A stretch of 63,994 bases of DNA, the filler included, from Octopus bimaculoides (taxonomy: Eukaryota), in assembly GCF_001194135.2 (NCBI RefSeq). It is 5 parts of 5 records of this genome, joined end to end, with 100 filler letters (N's around TTAATTAATTAA, not from the genome) between each part and the next. Parts side by side here need not be neighbours in the genome. Positions count along the whole stretch, not along the records: positions 1 to 24,215 come from NC_068993.1; 4 more parts are not named here. The stretch is one strand, 5' to 3'. Under the pieces are notes generated by a model. That model was not told where the DNA came from, searched no databases, and was given only the letters and a program-made list of their open reading frames with translations. Positions 1 to 12,972 of this stretch are shown here, in pieces. The position numbers and the translations under genes are program-made. How positions within the stretch are numbered: the first letter of the stretch is position 1; every line of letters begins with the position of its first letter.

Positions 1-644
1 ATATATATATATATATATACATATATTCATTTTTCGAGTAATATATTTCTCTTTTAACATTTATTTTCTATCACATTCTTGAATGTTAAACTTAGTTCAA
101 GTTGGGATTTCTTGTTTGTTTGTTGTTTATTATATACTATTTTATTTGTTCTTATATACATTATTGGTTCCCTTTTATTGTTGCTTCTGCTGTTTTTATA
201 CACACATATATACGTACATACATACATACATACATACATACATACATGAATATAGATAGATATGTGTATATATGTACATGTTCAAGTACTTATATATTTA
301 TTCACGCATATAAATATGTACGTATGTATATATGAGTGTATGTATGTATTATGTACGTATACACAAATATTTATACACACGATAGTTCTCATTTCAACAC
401 CAGTTTGATTGAATCATGAAAACAGACTGGATGAAAACGTTCCTCCTCCGCCACTCCACTCATCCCGCCTTTTGTCCTGCGTTTGAGAAACGCTTTTGCT
501 TTACTCATATAGAATTGAATGGACATGTAAAAAAAAAATTTTTTTTTTTAAGAATATAAAAATACATAATAAACAGAATGGAGGCAACAGGACACACACA
601 CACACACATATATATATGTATATATGTTTATGTGAGTGTGTGTG

Positions 645-691
<47 letters not shown>

Positions 692-2082
692 TTGTGTGTG
701 TGTTTGTGTGTGTATGTCCTGTTGCTTCCATACTGTTTATTATGTATTTTTATATTCTTCAAAAACTAATATATATNNNNNNNNNNNNNNNNNNNNNNNN
801 NNNNNNNNNNNNNNNNNNNNNNNNNNNNNNNNNNNNNNNNNNNNNNNNNNNNNNNNNNNNNNNNNNNNNNNNNNNNNNNNNNNNNNNNNNNNNNNNNNNN
901 NNNNNNNNNNNNNNNNNNNNNNNNNNNNNNNNNNNNNNNNNNNNNNNNNNNNNNNNNNNNNNNNNNNNNNNNNNNNNNNNNNNNNNNNNNNNNNNNNNNN
1001 NNNNNNNNNNNNNNNNNNNNNNNNNNNNNNNNNNNNNNNNNNNNNNNNNNNNNNNNNNNNNNNNNNNNNNNNNNNNNNNNNNNNNNNNNNNNNNNNNNNN
1101 NNNNNNNNNNNNNNNNNNNNNNNNNNNNNNNNNNNNNNNNNNNNNNNNNNNNNNNNNNNNNNNNNNNNNNNNNNNNNNNNNNNNNNNNNNNNNNNNNNNN
1201 NNNNNNNNNNNNNNNNNNNNNNNNNNNNNNNNNNNNNNNNNNNNNNNNNNNNNNNNNNNNNNNNNNNNNNNNNNNNNNNNNNNNNNNNNNNNNNNNNNNN
1301 NNNNNNNNNNNNNNNNNNNNNNNNNNNNNNNNNNNNNNNNNNNNNNNNNNNNNNNNNNNNNNNNNNNNNNNNNNNNNNNNNNNNNNNNNNNNNNNNNNNN
1401 NNNNNNNNNNNNNNNNNNNNNNNNNNNNNNNNNNNNNNNNNNNNNNNNNNNNNNNNNNNNNNNNNNNNNNNNNNNNNNNNNNNNNNNNNNNNNNNNNNNN
1501 NNNNNNNNNNNNNNNNNNNNNNNNNNNNNNNNNNNNNNNNNNNNNNNNNNNNNNAATTAACAATTTTGCCAAGTAGTTCAGTATGAAAAAACCTTTATCG
1601 GTAAAACCATTTATCATCATAAATATACAGGGATTAGCATTGAGTTGCTTCTCCAACATACTGAAAATTTAGAAATAGCAGTCAAAGAACTACTGATTCT
1701 AAACTACACACATAAGGGTGTTAGCGGGGTATATATGCGTATGTGTTTGTGTGTGTATATATGTACGTCCGTTAACGTTACCTTCAGCTTTATTTCCTAT
1801 TTTATGGTTAATGTTCGCTGTGTTTATTATTTGCATATATACTGTAAACCGGGTTTTAAATATGTTTGTTGTTTGTATGCTTGTGTATGTAAATATATGC
1901 AGGTGTACGTGAGTGTGTGTGGGGGGTGTGTATGTGTGTGTGTGTGAGTGTGTATGGGGGAGGGTGTCTGTACACTCTTTGCACACACTATATTCAATGG
2001 AATTACAATTCTGGCCATGTATAAGCATTTACGAAAGCAAATAATAATAACAACAATAACAACAACATCAATAACAACAACG

Positions 2083-2146
<64 letters not shown>

Positions 2147-2176
2147 CAACGATGACGACGATGATGGTGGTGGTGG

Positions 2177-2249
<73 letters not shown>

Positions 2250-2329
2250 GATGATGACGATGATGATGATGATGCCATCATATATTCCACGCAATCATCA
2301 TCTATCAATACACCAACATACTGCTTACA

Positions 2330-3130
2330 CGGCAACATATTCTGCAAAATCTTTATTAGGACCGCACGTATAGAACAGAACCATGTTCCAATCAATTGAC
2401 AGCACCCAGACACTACATATTCTACATTGTTACTCATCAATTATGGTAACACGCTCCCCCTTCCCCCACTTCCCTACACCAAAATATTTTATACAGTTAC
2501 TCCCCGAATGTAATAAGAGGACCCATCGTAACTACTCCTGAAATACAGTATCTCGCCATTACTTCTCTATACAGTTACTCTTCAAATATAGTGAAACATC
2601 CTAGACCAGTGCTTCTCAAACTATCTGAAGTGGAGTACCGAAAGTTTTGTTTTTTCCAATGTGTCAGGGACCGGCAATATTTCTTAGTAATGTTAATTTA
2701 TACCGGAAACAATATATATAATGAATATAATAAAAGTTGACAAAATGTTATCTTATATTTATTTTGTAAACAAATAATATAATATTACATAAGCATTTTA
2801 TAATGTTTCTGGAAACTGGCCGCGTACCGGACCGGCACCGGTCCGTGGACCACCACTTTGAGTAGCAATGTCTTTGACAATAAGCATCATACACAGTTGC
2901 TTCTAAGATACAATGACACATCCCACACAACACATTCTGCGCAGTTTCTTTTGAATATAGTAACACACTCCAGCTAAGACATATATTCTACGCAGTTACT
3001 TCTCAAATATTGTCACACAATGAACACGGAACGTATTCTACGTAGCTACTCCTAACATAGAAATACAACCCACATAGTGCATATTCTGCGTATTTCCTCT
3101 GAAGCAAAATTACAGAACCCACACAACATA
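2330..3130. repeat. Degenerate ~50-bp tandem array interrupted by the hAT MITE
   Basis: Recurring acatattctacgcagttactc...aatatagtaacac-like units on both sides of 2607-2870. Confidence 0.5.
2607..2870. mobile_element. hAT (Charlie-like) MITE
   Basis: TIRs cagtgcttctcaaa / tttgagtagcaatg (2 mismatches in 14). Flanking 8-mers tcctagac / tctttgac (6/8) resemble a hAT TSD. Confidence 0.7.
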
Positions 3131-3329
3131 TAGTCTGCGCAATACAAAAATCACTCAACGCTGTAAACCACATGACAAATTTTACCAGAAATCAAAAGAA
3201 CTGAATTAGCGTATAAATGCAACCTTGCATCCTCAAAGGCCGCTGCTGCTCATGCCAGAACAATACGAAGATGCATTTGGTAACACAGTTGATAGTCGTC
3301 TGTCAAAAGACTATTGAAAACAGTCGATG

Positions 3330-3470
3330 ATTATTAAGGCACAAGCCCGAAATTTTGGAGGAGGTGCTCGACTGCTACTCGTTTTATTGGCCCCGAAAGG
3401 ATAAAAAGCAAAGTCAACACCGACAGAATTTGAACTCAGAACGTAAAGACGGAGAAAATGCCAGCTGTCT
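3330..3470 (-). mobile_element. tRNA-derived SINE family A, fragment
   Basis: ccccgaaaggat...aaagtc...gaatttgaactcagaacg matches the reverse complement of the copies at 11236 and 22975. Confidence 0.7.
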
Positions 3471-3699
3471 CATTCTGATTGTTCTGCTGGGTTAGAGGGT
3501 AAGAAGCCCGAAATGGCCTCTATGTCTGCTTACGACTGCATAGACACCTAAAACAATGAGCGAAATTTCGATACATATTACCAAATCATACTCACTTGCG
3601 AGTGACGGCTATGCTTGCTATCTTTCAATGAAATAATAAAGCTGTTAAAAATAATAATAATAAAACATTTATGTCATGTTAAATTGCTAATATCATTTT

Positions 3700-4466
3700 T
3701 AATGAAGGAAAAGAAATAAGACCAGTAAGATCATGTTAGACATAGAAACAGATGAGATAATTAGACAGACTAAACGCTGACTTCCATTAGCAACGAAAGA
3801 AAAGTTTTGAAAGGAATATTATAAATACATAAGATTGATGTTTCAAACAACCAAATGCAAAAGATAAAATTATAGGTATAAATACTTTATCTGTTCCAGT
3901 AATAAATTATACGTATAATATTCTCAACTGGACGTAAAGTGAATAAGCAAGACTAAACAGAAATGAAGAAAAAATTATTTTTGTATTTAGAACACACCAC
4001 ATAAAATGTGACGTAGAAAAATAATATTTGCCATGTATACAGTAGCTTATAATGTAATATCTACTGTGGAGGTAGAAGAAATATTAAAGATTAATGAGAA
4101 ACTAACACAAATGTTACATAATAATATAAAGAAAACTAAAAGCTGCTTCCTGTCATCAATGAAACCAATAAATACAAACCGGAGGTTGGGGTGACAAAGA
4201 GCTTCGAAGAAAATTGAGAAAACACAACAGCAGATGCTAAAAAGAAATAAACTAAACTGAAGGTTAAACCACAGAGTGTTGTGTTAAAAAGATCGCAAAG
4301 AAAATATATAATTTACTACATGACAAATGGCTGACATGGGTAAACAAAGTTGAAGTGAGTGGAGAAAGCAATTTAGTTCTAGCAAGGAGACACAGGACTC
4401 AAAGTTAAGACTGAAAGATTTTAATTGAGGCCCAAGACGAGAATCTTCTCACTAGAGGATTTAAAT
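3700..4466 (+). mobile_element. R4/Dong-clade non-LTR retrotransposon, degenerate post-RT fragment
   Basis: Interrupted translation includes KDKIIGINTLSVPVINYTYNILNW, RTHHIKCDVEK and GLKVKTERF-IEAQDENLLTRGFK, resembling the R4/Dong-type GLKxETEGxIxAAQDQxLxTR segment. Many stops and frameshifts. Confidence 0.65.
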
Positions 4467-4473
4467 ATGTATA

Positions 4474-4994
4474 CGAGGGGGTGCCGAAAAGTTTCTGGCT
4501 TTGGGTAAAAGAAAATGGAGGAGGATCTGTTAATTGTGATTTTATTCAATGTATTTTCCTCTCAGACTCACACATTTATTGCAGCGGTCCTTCAGTTTTT
4601 CTAAACCCTGTAAAAAGACTCGGAAGCCTGGGCCTCCAAACCAGGCCTTCCGCGATACTTTTCAGCATCCCCTCTGATAAATACCTTGTGCAAGTGTCTT
4701 CTACTATAGATCCGGGCCGTCCGAAACTTTGTGAATGGATTTGGTTGACAGAATTTTAGGGAAGCACGCTGTTCGTTTCAGCTTCGCTGTTCCGGCGTTT
4801 CAGCCATTGACGAATAGGGAAGTAGCACTGCAAAACAAAGACGCACCACGTGGAAATACGACTTCACTCGACAACACCAGATGGCAGACTGGTGCCTGAG
4901 GGACCGCATCAAGTGGCTTTTAGCGGCGGAAGCTTGAACTACAACGGGCTTGTTCCACAGAGAACGTTTCCGGTTACTTTTGGGTACCCCCTCG
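4474..4994 (-). mobile_element. Internally deleted mariner with a SINE fragment inside
   Basis: TA-flanked ends TA|cgagggggtgccgaaaagt and TA|cgagggggtacccaaaagt (rc). The minus strand encodes an N-terminal piece EQRASLKFCQ and the C-terminus FLQGLEKLKDRCNKCVSLRGKYIE*. A family-B SINE piece lies at about 4680-4760. Confidence 0.75.
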
Positions 4995-5781
4995 TAAGTA
5001 TATGAAAGACGGGTGTCGTAGAAAAGAAGTGTGGGCGGATTAGCAGAACAATAACTGTTGTTATTGCTGCGGGATTTTCTACCGTTGCCAGTCTGGGAAC
5101 TGCTGCTGTAGTTGCTGCCGGAGCTGCTGCTGTTGCAATTGCTGCTGCTGCTGCTGCTGCTGCTGCTACTCTGAGACTGTTGTTGTTGTTGTTGATATTG
5201 TTGTTGTCATTGTCATTGCTGTCGTAGTCTGGAAAGTAGCTAAAACAAACAGAACGCAAGAGCGTTGTGACGGTCATTAAGACAGTCTGTCCATCATACC
5301 AGGGTCGTGCAATTAGCATCATTGTTGAAAGTTAAATGACCGGCAACAACTGCAATAACAACAAAAAAGGTAATTGAGTGGGTATCACTGTTATATCTGA
5401 AACAATCATACTCGCGCATGCGCGCACAGAAACACGACATGTAAATATATACGCACAATACAGTGGTCTACAAGCAATATATGTGTGCATGCGTGCGTGC
5501 GTGCTTGGGTGTGCGTCTCTGTGTGCGTTTGCGCGTGTCTGTGTGTATGCATATATGTATGTATGTATGTATGTATGCATGCATGCATGTATGTATGTAT
5601 GTATGTATATATGTATCTATTATGTATGTGTGTATGTATGTATGTATGTATGTATGTAGGACAATACACACCAATATACACAAATTTATCTGTCTATCCA
5701 GACATACACATCGACGCACATTCGTAATTACACGCACACAAACATACATACAGATATACATAAATACATACATACATACAT

Positions 5782-5835
<54 letters not shown>

Positions 5836-6539
5836 NNNNNNNNNNNNNNNNNNNNNNNNNNNNNNNNNNNNNNNNNNNNNNNNNNNNNNNNNNNNNNNNN
5901 NNNNNNNNNNNNNNNNNNNNNNNNNNNNNNNNNNNNNNNNNNNNNNNNNNNNNNNNNNNNNNNNNNNNNNNNNNNNNNNNNNNNNNNNNNNNNNNNNNNN
6001 NNNNNNNNNNNNNNNNNNNNNNNNNNNNNNNNNNNNNNNNNNNNNNNNNNNNNNNNNNNNNNNNNNNNNNNNNNNNNNNNNNNNNNNNNNNNNNNNNNNN
6101 NNNNNNNNNNNNNNNNNNNNNNNNNNNNNNNNNNNNNNNNNNNNNNNNNNNNNNNNNNNNNNNNNNNNNNNNNNNNNNNNNNNNNNNNNNNNNNNNNNNN
6201 NNNNNNNNNNNNNNNNNNNNNNNNNNNNNNNNNNNNNNNNNNNNNNNNNNNNNNNNNNNNNNNNNNNNNNNNNNNNNNNNNNNNNNNNNNNNNNNNNNNN
6301 NNNNNTGTGTGTGTGTGTGTGTGTGTCTAAGGACATAGGAAGTCATTGTTGTCGTTCGCCGTCAATTGAAAACATGTCAGCTCGCCTGTCCAGTTGTCAA
6401 TTGTTGAGACGTAAAAAGAAGGAAAAAAAAAACAAAAAAGAAAGAATTAAATCTATGTAGAAGGATATCCGTTCGGCTTCTTCTTTTCCTCCTCTTCTAT
6501 CTCCCCCCTCCCCCTCTAACCCTCATACTACTTATGTCA

Positions 6540-8847
6540 CATTGATGTCGTTGTTTTTGTTGTTGTTGTATTGTTGTTGTATTGTTGTTGATAATGAAGA
6601 TGATGACCACCTCCTCCTCCCATTCCCACTACTCCTACTACTACCACTCAGTCTGCTACTTCCTCTATTTGTCTATTCTAATTCTAATTACTGTTGTTGC
6701 TCGGCTTTTATCTCTTCTTCTCCTTCTTCTTCTTCTTTTCCTTCTTCTTCTCTTCTTTTCCTTCTTCTTTTCTTCCTTTTCTTCTTTTCTTCTTCTTATC
6801 TTCTATTCTTTTTCTTTTCTCTTTCTTCTTTTCCTTCTTCTTCTCATTCTTCTCCTTTTTCCTTCTTCTTTCCTTCTTCTTTTCCTCCTCCTCCTCCTCC
6901 TTCTTCTTCTTCTTCTTCTTCTTCTTCTTCTTCTTCTACGGATTTTTTCCCTTCTCATTCTTCCATTCTCTTCACTTTGTTCTACTACTACTACTACTAC
7001 TACTACTATCAGTAATCCCTTTCTGTTATAAACACAAGGCCTTTAAATTTTTCCTCATCCTCCCTTTCTTTTCCTCTCCTCTTCCTCCTCTTCTTCCTCC
7101 TCTGCTCCTCTTCCTCCCCTCCCCTTCCTCCTCCTCCTCTTCCCCCTAGTTGTTTGTATCGACCCCCAGCGCTCAACTGGTATTTATTTCATCAACTCCG
7201 GCAGGAGGAAAGGCTAAGTAAAATTCCGAATAAACGCTGCTAGTAATCTTATCGTAAATCCTAACGACTCTGAGGCATTTTTGTTTCTTTGTTCTACGGG
7301 CATAAGACCTGAAATCTGAGGAGAGTAGGGGGGAGGGGCTAATCGATTACATTGACTCCTGCGATCACCTGGCACTTTTCTTGTCGATCGCGAAAGGATA
7401 AACGGTAAGGTCCACCTCAGTGGAATTTTGATCTGAGAATGCAGAGAGCTGGAAGAAGTTTCCGCAGAAATTTTAAAACAATAATTTTTTTTCGAGTACC
7501 ATCTTTTTATCTTTCCTTTGCGAGCCATTCAAGTTCTTGTTTAGGATAACCAGGCGTTTTCGTTTTGAAATCTGGTCGCAAAGATTTATTGTTAATTCTT
7601 TCATTGACCAAAAACAACGACGTTAAAAGCAACGATAAAAATAAACGTTGATAACGATGATGATGATGATGATGGTTTATGATGGCGGTGAGGACGATGA
7701 TGATGATGATGATGATGATGACGAGGACGACGACGACGACGACGACGACGACGTCGACAAAGACGACGAAGACAACGAGAAAGAAGAGGAGGAAGACAAC
7801 GAAAAGAGGAGAAGGAAGAAGAGGAGAAGGAAGAAGAGGAGGAGAAGGAGAACGGGAGGAAGAGGAAAAGACGGGGAGGAATAAGAGGAGAAGGAGCGGA
7901 AGTGGAAGAAAAGGAGAATGGGCAGAAGAGGAGAAGGTGGAGGAGAAAGAAAAAGAGGAAGAGGAAGAGAAGGAAGGAAGAGGAGAAGGGAAGAAGTGGA
8001 AGAAAGGAGAAGGGGAGGAAGAAGTGGAGAAAGAGAGGAAGGGGAAGAAAAGGAGAATGGGAGGAAGAGGTGGAGAAAGAGAGGAAGAGGAAGAAAAGGA
8101 GAAGGGGAAGAAGAGGTGGAAAAACGGAGGAAGAGGAAGAAAAGAAAGAAAAGGAGAAGGGGAGGAAGAGGAGGAGAAAGGGAGGAAGAGGAAGAGAAAG
8201 GGAGGAAGGGGAAGAAAAGGAGGAAGTGGAAGAAAAGGGAGGAAGAAGAAGGAAAGGGGAGCAAGAGGAGAAGAAGGGAGGAAGAGGAAGAGAAGGGAAG
8301 AAGAGGAAGAACGGAGAAGGGGAAGAGGAGAAGAAAGAGAGAAGAAGAAGAAGAAGAAGAAGAAGAAGAAGAAGAAGAAGAAGAAGAAGAAGAAGAAGAA
8401 GAAGAAGAAGAAGAAGAAGAAGAAGAAGAAAGGAGAGAAAGACGAGGAGAAAAGAGAGGAAGATAAGGAGGAAAGAGCCTTGGTATGGAACTGGTTATGA
8501 AGACGACAGCAACGATCACAAGACGAACATTGACATGAAAAGAGCCAGAAATCATAACGACCGATTTCTTGAGAACCAAACTACCTCAACCTCCACCATC
8601 ATCATCGTTAACATCATCATCATCATCATCATCATAATCATCATCATCATCATAATCATCATCATCGTCGTCGTCATCCTCCTCCTCTCCATCATCATCA
8701 TTCTCATCATCACCATCATCATCCTCATTATCATCATCGTCATCTTCTTCATCATCGTCATCATCATCATCCTCATCATCATCATCACCATTATCATCAT
8801 CATCATCCTCATCATTATTATCATCATCATCATCATCATCATCCCCC

Positions 8848-8896
<49 letters not shown>

Positions 8897-8904
8897 TTCA
8901 TCAT

Positions 8905-8940
<36 letters not shown>

Positions 8941-9400
8941 GTCATCATCATCATCATCATCATCATCCCCCTCATCATCATCCTCATCATCACCATCAAC
9001 ATCGTCATCATCAGCGTCGTTGGCGTTGTCGGTGTCGTCATCATCATTGTCATCGTTACCATAATCAATGTAATTAGCAGCATCGTTATAATCGTCGGCA
9101 TCATCATCATCATTATAATCGACAACAACGTTATCATCATTGGCATTAACAATATAACAACATGAACAACTAGTAAAACGACAACAACAACAAATTCTAC
9201 TGCAACTACAACTACTACAATAATCGGAAACTACAACAACAACAACAACGAAACAATAACAACATCCACTAATATTACAGTTACAACAACTACAAGGAAA
9301 CGTCAAAAAACTGCATCGAATTCAAAGGTAGGACGTCGATATTTTGCAGCTATAACAACAATAGTAATACACAAATAACAACAATAACAATAACAATAAT
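6540..9400. repeat. Compound trinucleotide/low-complexity block: (CTT)n, (GAT)n, GA-rich purine tract with (GAA)n, (CAT)n, (CAA)n
   Basis: Read directly. It generates the poly-M/I/H/E/K/R/S ORFs in the track. Confidence 0.9.
7290..7480 (-). mobile_element. SINE family A, diverged copy
   Basis: aatcgattacattgactcc...cgaaaggataaac...ggaattttgatctgagaa matches the family-A reverse complement. Confidence 0.55.
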
Positions 9401-10104
9401 AATATGAAGAGCGAGGACAGAATTAAGGTAATGTGTCGGTGGTAGGGCGAAGGTGGAACGTAGCAGAGAAACAAAATAAGTTATATGTCCGACACCGACG
9501 CGAACACTGCCATGGCGCACAACGTCTCAAATTACAACCAAATGAAACGGAGGTGGTGGTGCTGAGCAGGGGAGATAACTCAAAACCAAGCTCAGTGATA
9601 TCGTGCGAGACGGCTGGCTGTCATGTGACTTGCGCTGACACCAATTAGACGTAAATTAATGTCGTGACTGGAGAGAATATTTCAAGAAAATTAAAAGATT
9701 CTGCGCATGTGCATGTGAATGTGTGCGTGTATGTGTGTATGAGTGCTGGTATTATTGCGTGTATGCATGTGCACACACACACACACACACACACGCACGC
9801 ATACATATATGCATGCGCACAAACACAATCTTGCACAATCGTACACATATGCGTGCATGTATATATACGTGTGTGTGTGTGTGTGTGAGTGTGTGTGAAT
9901 ATATACACACTTACACACATTTATTCATACACAACCATGCACACACAGGGTATCCTATAATTAAGAGCATATTTTTATATAATTCTGTTTAAATATTCCA
10001 TTATATATACGCCATCAGCTATGAACTATATGCACACACATATATAAAAATATATTTCTCTACAGAGGCATGGAAATATCTCTTTATATATATACCTTTT
10101 TACT

Positions 10105-10500
10105 CTAGGCACAAGGCCCGAAATTGGTACTTAATTTATCAACTGGTACTTAATTTATCGACCCCGAAAGGATGAAAGTCAAAATCGACCTCGGCGGAAT
10201 TTGAACTCAGAACATAAAGACAGACAAAATAACGCTAAGCATTTCGCCCGGCGTTTTAACGTTTCTTATTTCTTTATTGCCCACGAGGGGCTAAACATAG
10301 AGGGGACAAACAAGGACAGACAAAGGGATTAAGTCGATTACAGCGACCCCAGTGCGTAACTGGTATTTTATTTATCGACCCCGAAATGATGAAAGACAAA
10401 GTCGACCTCGACAGAATTTGAACTCAGAACGTAACGGCAGACGAAATACCGCTAAGCATTTTACCCGGCGTGCTAACGTTTCTGCCAGCTCGCCGCATCC
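10105..10500 (-). mobile_element. Two tandem SINE family A copies with different 3' tails
   Basis: The head has A-box-like tggcagaaacgttag and B-box-like gagttcaaatt. The first copy's tail ...gcaataaagaaataagaa joins directly into the truncated head (acgttaaaacgccggg) of the second. Confidence 0.85.
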
Positions 10501-10869
10501 CCCTATTTCTCTTTTTCTCTCCCTCGTTACTCACACGTGACCATCGCCCATCTTTCTTTTCCTCATGTGACACTCTTTCCTTTCCTCCAGGACGTTCTAA
10601 GGACTGGAGTCTTCTCTTTTCTATTTTTTCTCTTTTCAAAGAAAATATTTCTCCAGCTTTCATTATTTTACCCTCATTCTGGTCTAACGACCATCAATGT
10701 TTGTTTTCGTTCGGTTTCCTTGTATGTCTCCACTCTCCTGTTTTTGTTCCCAAATTTGACCCTCCATAAATCCAAAATTTTATGTTGGTATTTATGGGAG
10801 CAACTGTTTTCGAAGACTCATATTGTCGTATATATTATATGCATAGAGATGTGTGTACATTTTTGTGGT

Positions 10870-10995
10870 TGAAGTCGACTTTGCCATCCATCTCTGCAGG
10901 GTCTATGAAATGAGTACCAGTTGTGCACTGGGGACTATGTAATCGATTAGAATCCACCCACCAGAATAAATGTCAGGCATTTTGCCCATACTAGA
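10870..10995 (+). mobile_element. SINE family A, 5'-truncated
   Basis: gtcgactttgcc...gagtaccagttgtgcactgggg...gtaatcga..., followed by a long mixed triplet tail. Confidence 0.7.
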
Positions 10996-11069
10996 AAGGA
11001 CTATTGTTGTTGTTCTTCTTCTTCTTCTTCTTCTTATTATTATTATTATTATCATCATCATTATCATCG

Positions 11070-11232
<163 letters not shown>

Positions 11233-11235
11233 GAA

Positions 11236-11430
11236 TGAAGGCGGTGGGCTGGCAGAATCCTTAGCACGCCGGACGAAATGCTTGGCGGTATTTCGTCTGT
11301 TGCTCCGTTTTGAGTCCAAATTCCGCTGAGGTCGATAAAATAAGTACCAGTTGAATACTGGGGTCTATGTAATCGACTCATCCTTTCCCCTTCAAATTGC
11401 TGCCCTTGTGGCAAAATTTGAAACCATTAT
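11236..11430 (+). mobile_element. SINE family A
   Basis: ggcggtgggctggcagaatccttagcacgccggacgaaatgcttggcggtatttcgtctg...gaggtcgataaaataagtaccag. Confidence 0.85.
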
Positions 11431-12254
11431 TAGTATTATAACTACTACATATGAAGCTTCATAAGTGGCTATATTGGCGTCGAATTTCATGCCAACGCAT
11501 TTGTCAAACCATGTGCATTTGGCAAGTTCTTTGCAACTAACTTCTACGCCATTGAATCACATCATGTGTGTGTGTGTATATANNNNNNNNNNGTTCGACA
11601 CTACTCTCCACGAAAACAATTTAATTTGTGTTCGTGGGAAGAACCATTTTAACGATGCGTACTGCCTTAATTCTTCGAAACGCCGGAGTTTTAATGGTGG
11701 CAGCTGATGAAGGGGATGTTTCTATGCGGCCTGCTTGTTTGTTGCACCTTGTTTACCATTTTTGTCCTTGTTCTTTTGCCACGTCATGTACCCAGTTATG
11801 TATCTATATGTACATGTAGATGAACGTATATACATACATGTACATATATATGCATATACTCATATATTGTTTATATATATATATACATATATATGTGTAT
11901 ACATATATATAAATCTATATGTTTGTATGTATGTATGTATGTTTTTATGTTTGTATGTATGTATGTATGTATGTTTGTATGTATGTATGTATGTATGCAT
12001 GGCTAAACTACTAACACTGTAAGCTGTCTTTCCACTCTCAAAAAATACGTCATTTCCTGAGCATCGTTTCCGTTCGTCTTTAATCAATCGCAAAGGCGAT
12101 TGTCCTTCGGTCTGGCTTCGGTTAAATTTATTATACGCTTACGCAATTAAATTACCACAAATACACTCACACACAAACCATTCTCTCTTCCTTTCCGCCC
12201 CCTCTCTCTCTTTCTCTCGTTTTCCCTTTTCACTCTTCTCTCTCCTTCTAAAAA

Positions 12255-12287
<33 letters not shown>

Positions 12288-12416
12288 AATATAAGTCTAA
12301 AGAGCACATATGAGTGTATGTACGTGTGTGCGCGCATGCGTATGCCAATTCCTATGTAATAGACGTATATGGGCCGGCATACTTATATGTGTGTGTGTGT
12401 GTATATATATATAAAT

Positions 12417-12451
<35 letters not shown>

Positions 12452-12737
12452 NNNNNNNNNNNNNNNNNNNNNNNNNNNNNNNNNNNNNNNNNNNNNNNNN
12501 NNNNNNNNNNNNNNNNNNNNNNNNNNNNNNNNNNNNNNNNNNNNNNNNNNNNNNNNNNNNNNNNNNNNNNNNNNNNNNNNNNNNNNNNNNNNNNNNNNNN
12601 NNNNNNNNNNNNNNNNNNNNNNNNNNNNNNNNNNNNNNNNNNNNNNNNNNNNNNNNNNNNNNNNNNNNNNNNNNNNNNNNNNNNNNNNNNNNNNNNNNNN
12701 NNNNNNNNNNNNNNNNNNNNNNNNNNNNNNNNNNNNN

Positions 12738-12900
12738 ATGAACATAATTAAGGGATCAGCAACAGTTGCTTCACTACACTGTTGCTGATCCCTTAATTAT
12801 GTTTATAAATGTATAAGAACTTTTAAATAAGTTCTTCATCGATAATGGTGTTTACATACCGAAGGGCTTGGTAAAAATTATTAATTGTTAATTTATTAAT
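12738..12900. repeat. Fold-back (26-bp perfect arms) in a dispersed repeat that also occurs at about 1555-1660
   Basis: aacataattaagggatcagcaacagt (12741-12766), an 11-nt loop, then actgttgctgatcccttaattatgtt (12778-12803). The reverse complement of 12767-12890 aligns by eye with 1555-1660. Confidence 0.8.
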
Positions 12901-12920
12901 AAATTAATAATCCTTTACCC

Positions 12921-12972
<52 letters not shown>

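Noticed and set aside
5000-5330. CAG/CAA-rich stretch that could be a poly-Q/S/A coding exon on the minus strand
   Set aside because: The Gln frames contain stops, the open frame runs straight into a mariner TIR, there is no convincing donor, and nothing in it is recognisable.
7679-9077. Long E/K/R-rich ORFs
   Set aside because: A purine-only tract lacks stop codons by composition, and all three frames are open.
9480-9570. Short ORF MSDTDANTAMAHNVSNYNQMKRRWWC in CpG-rich unique sequence
   Set aside because: It is too short and has no motif or splice support.
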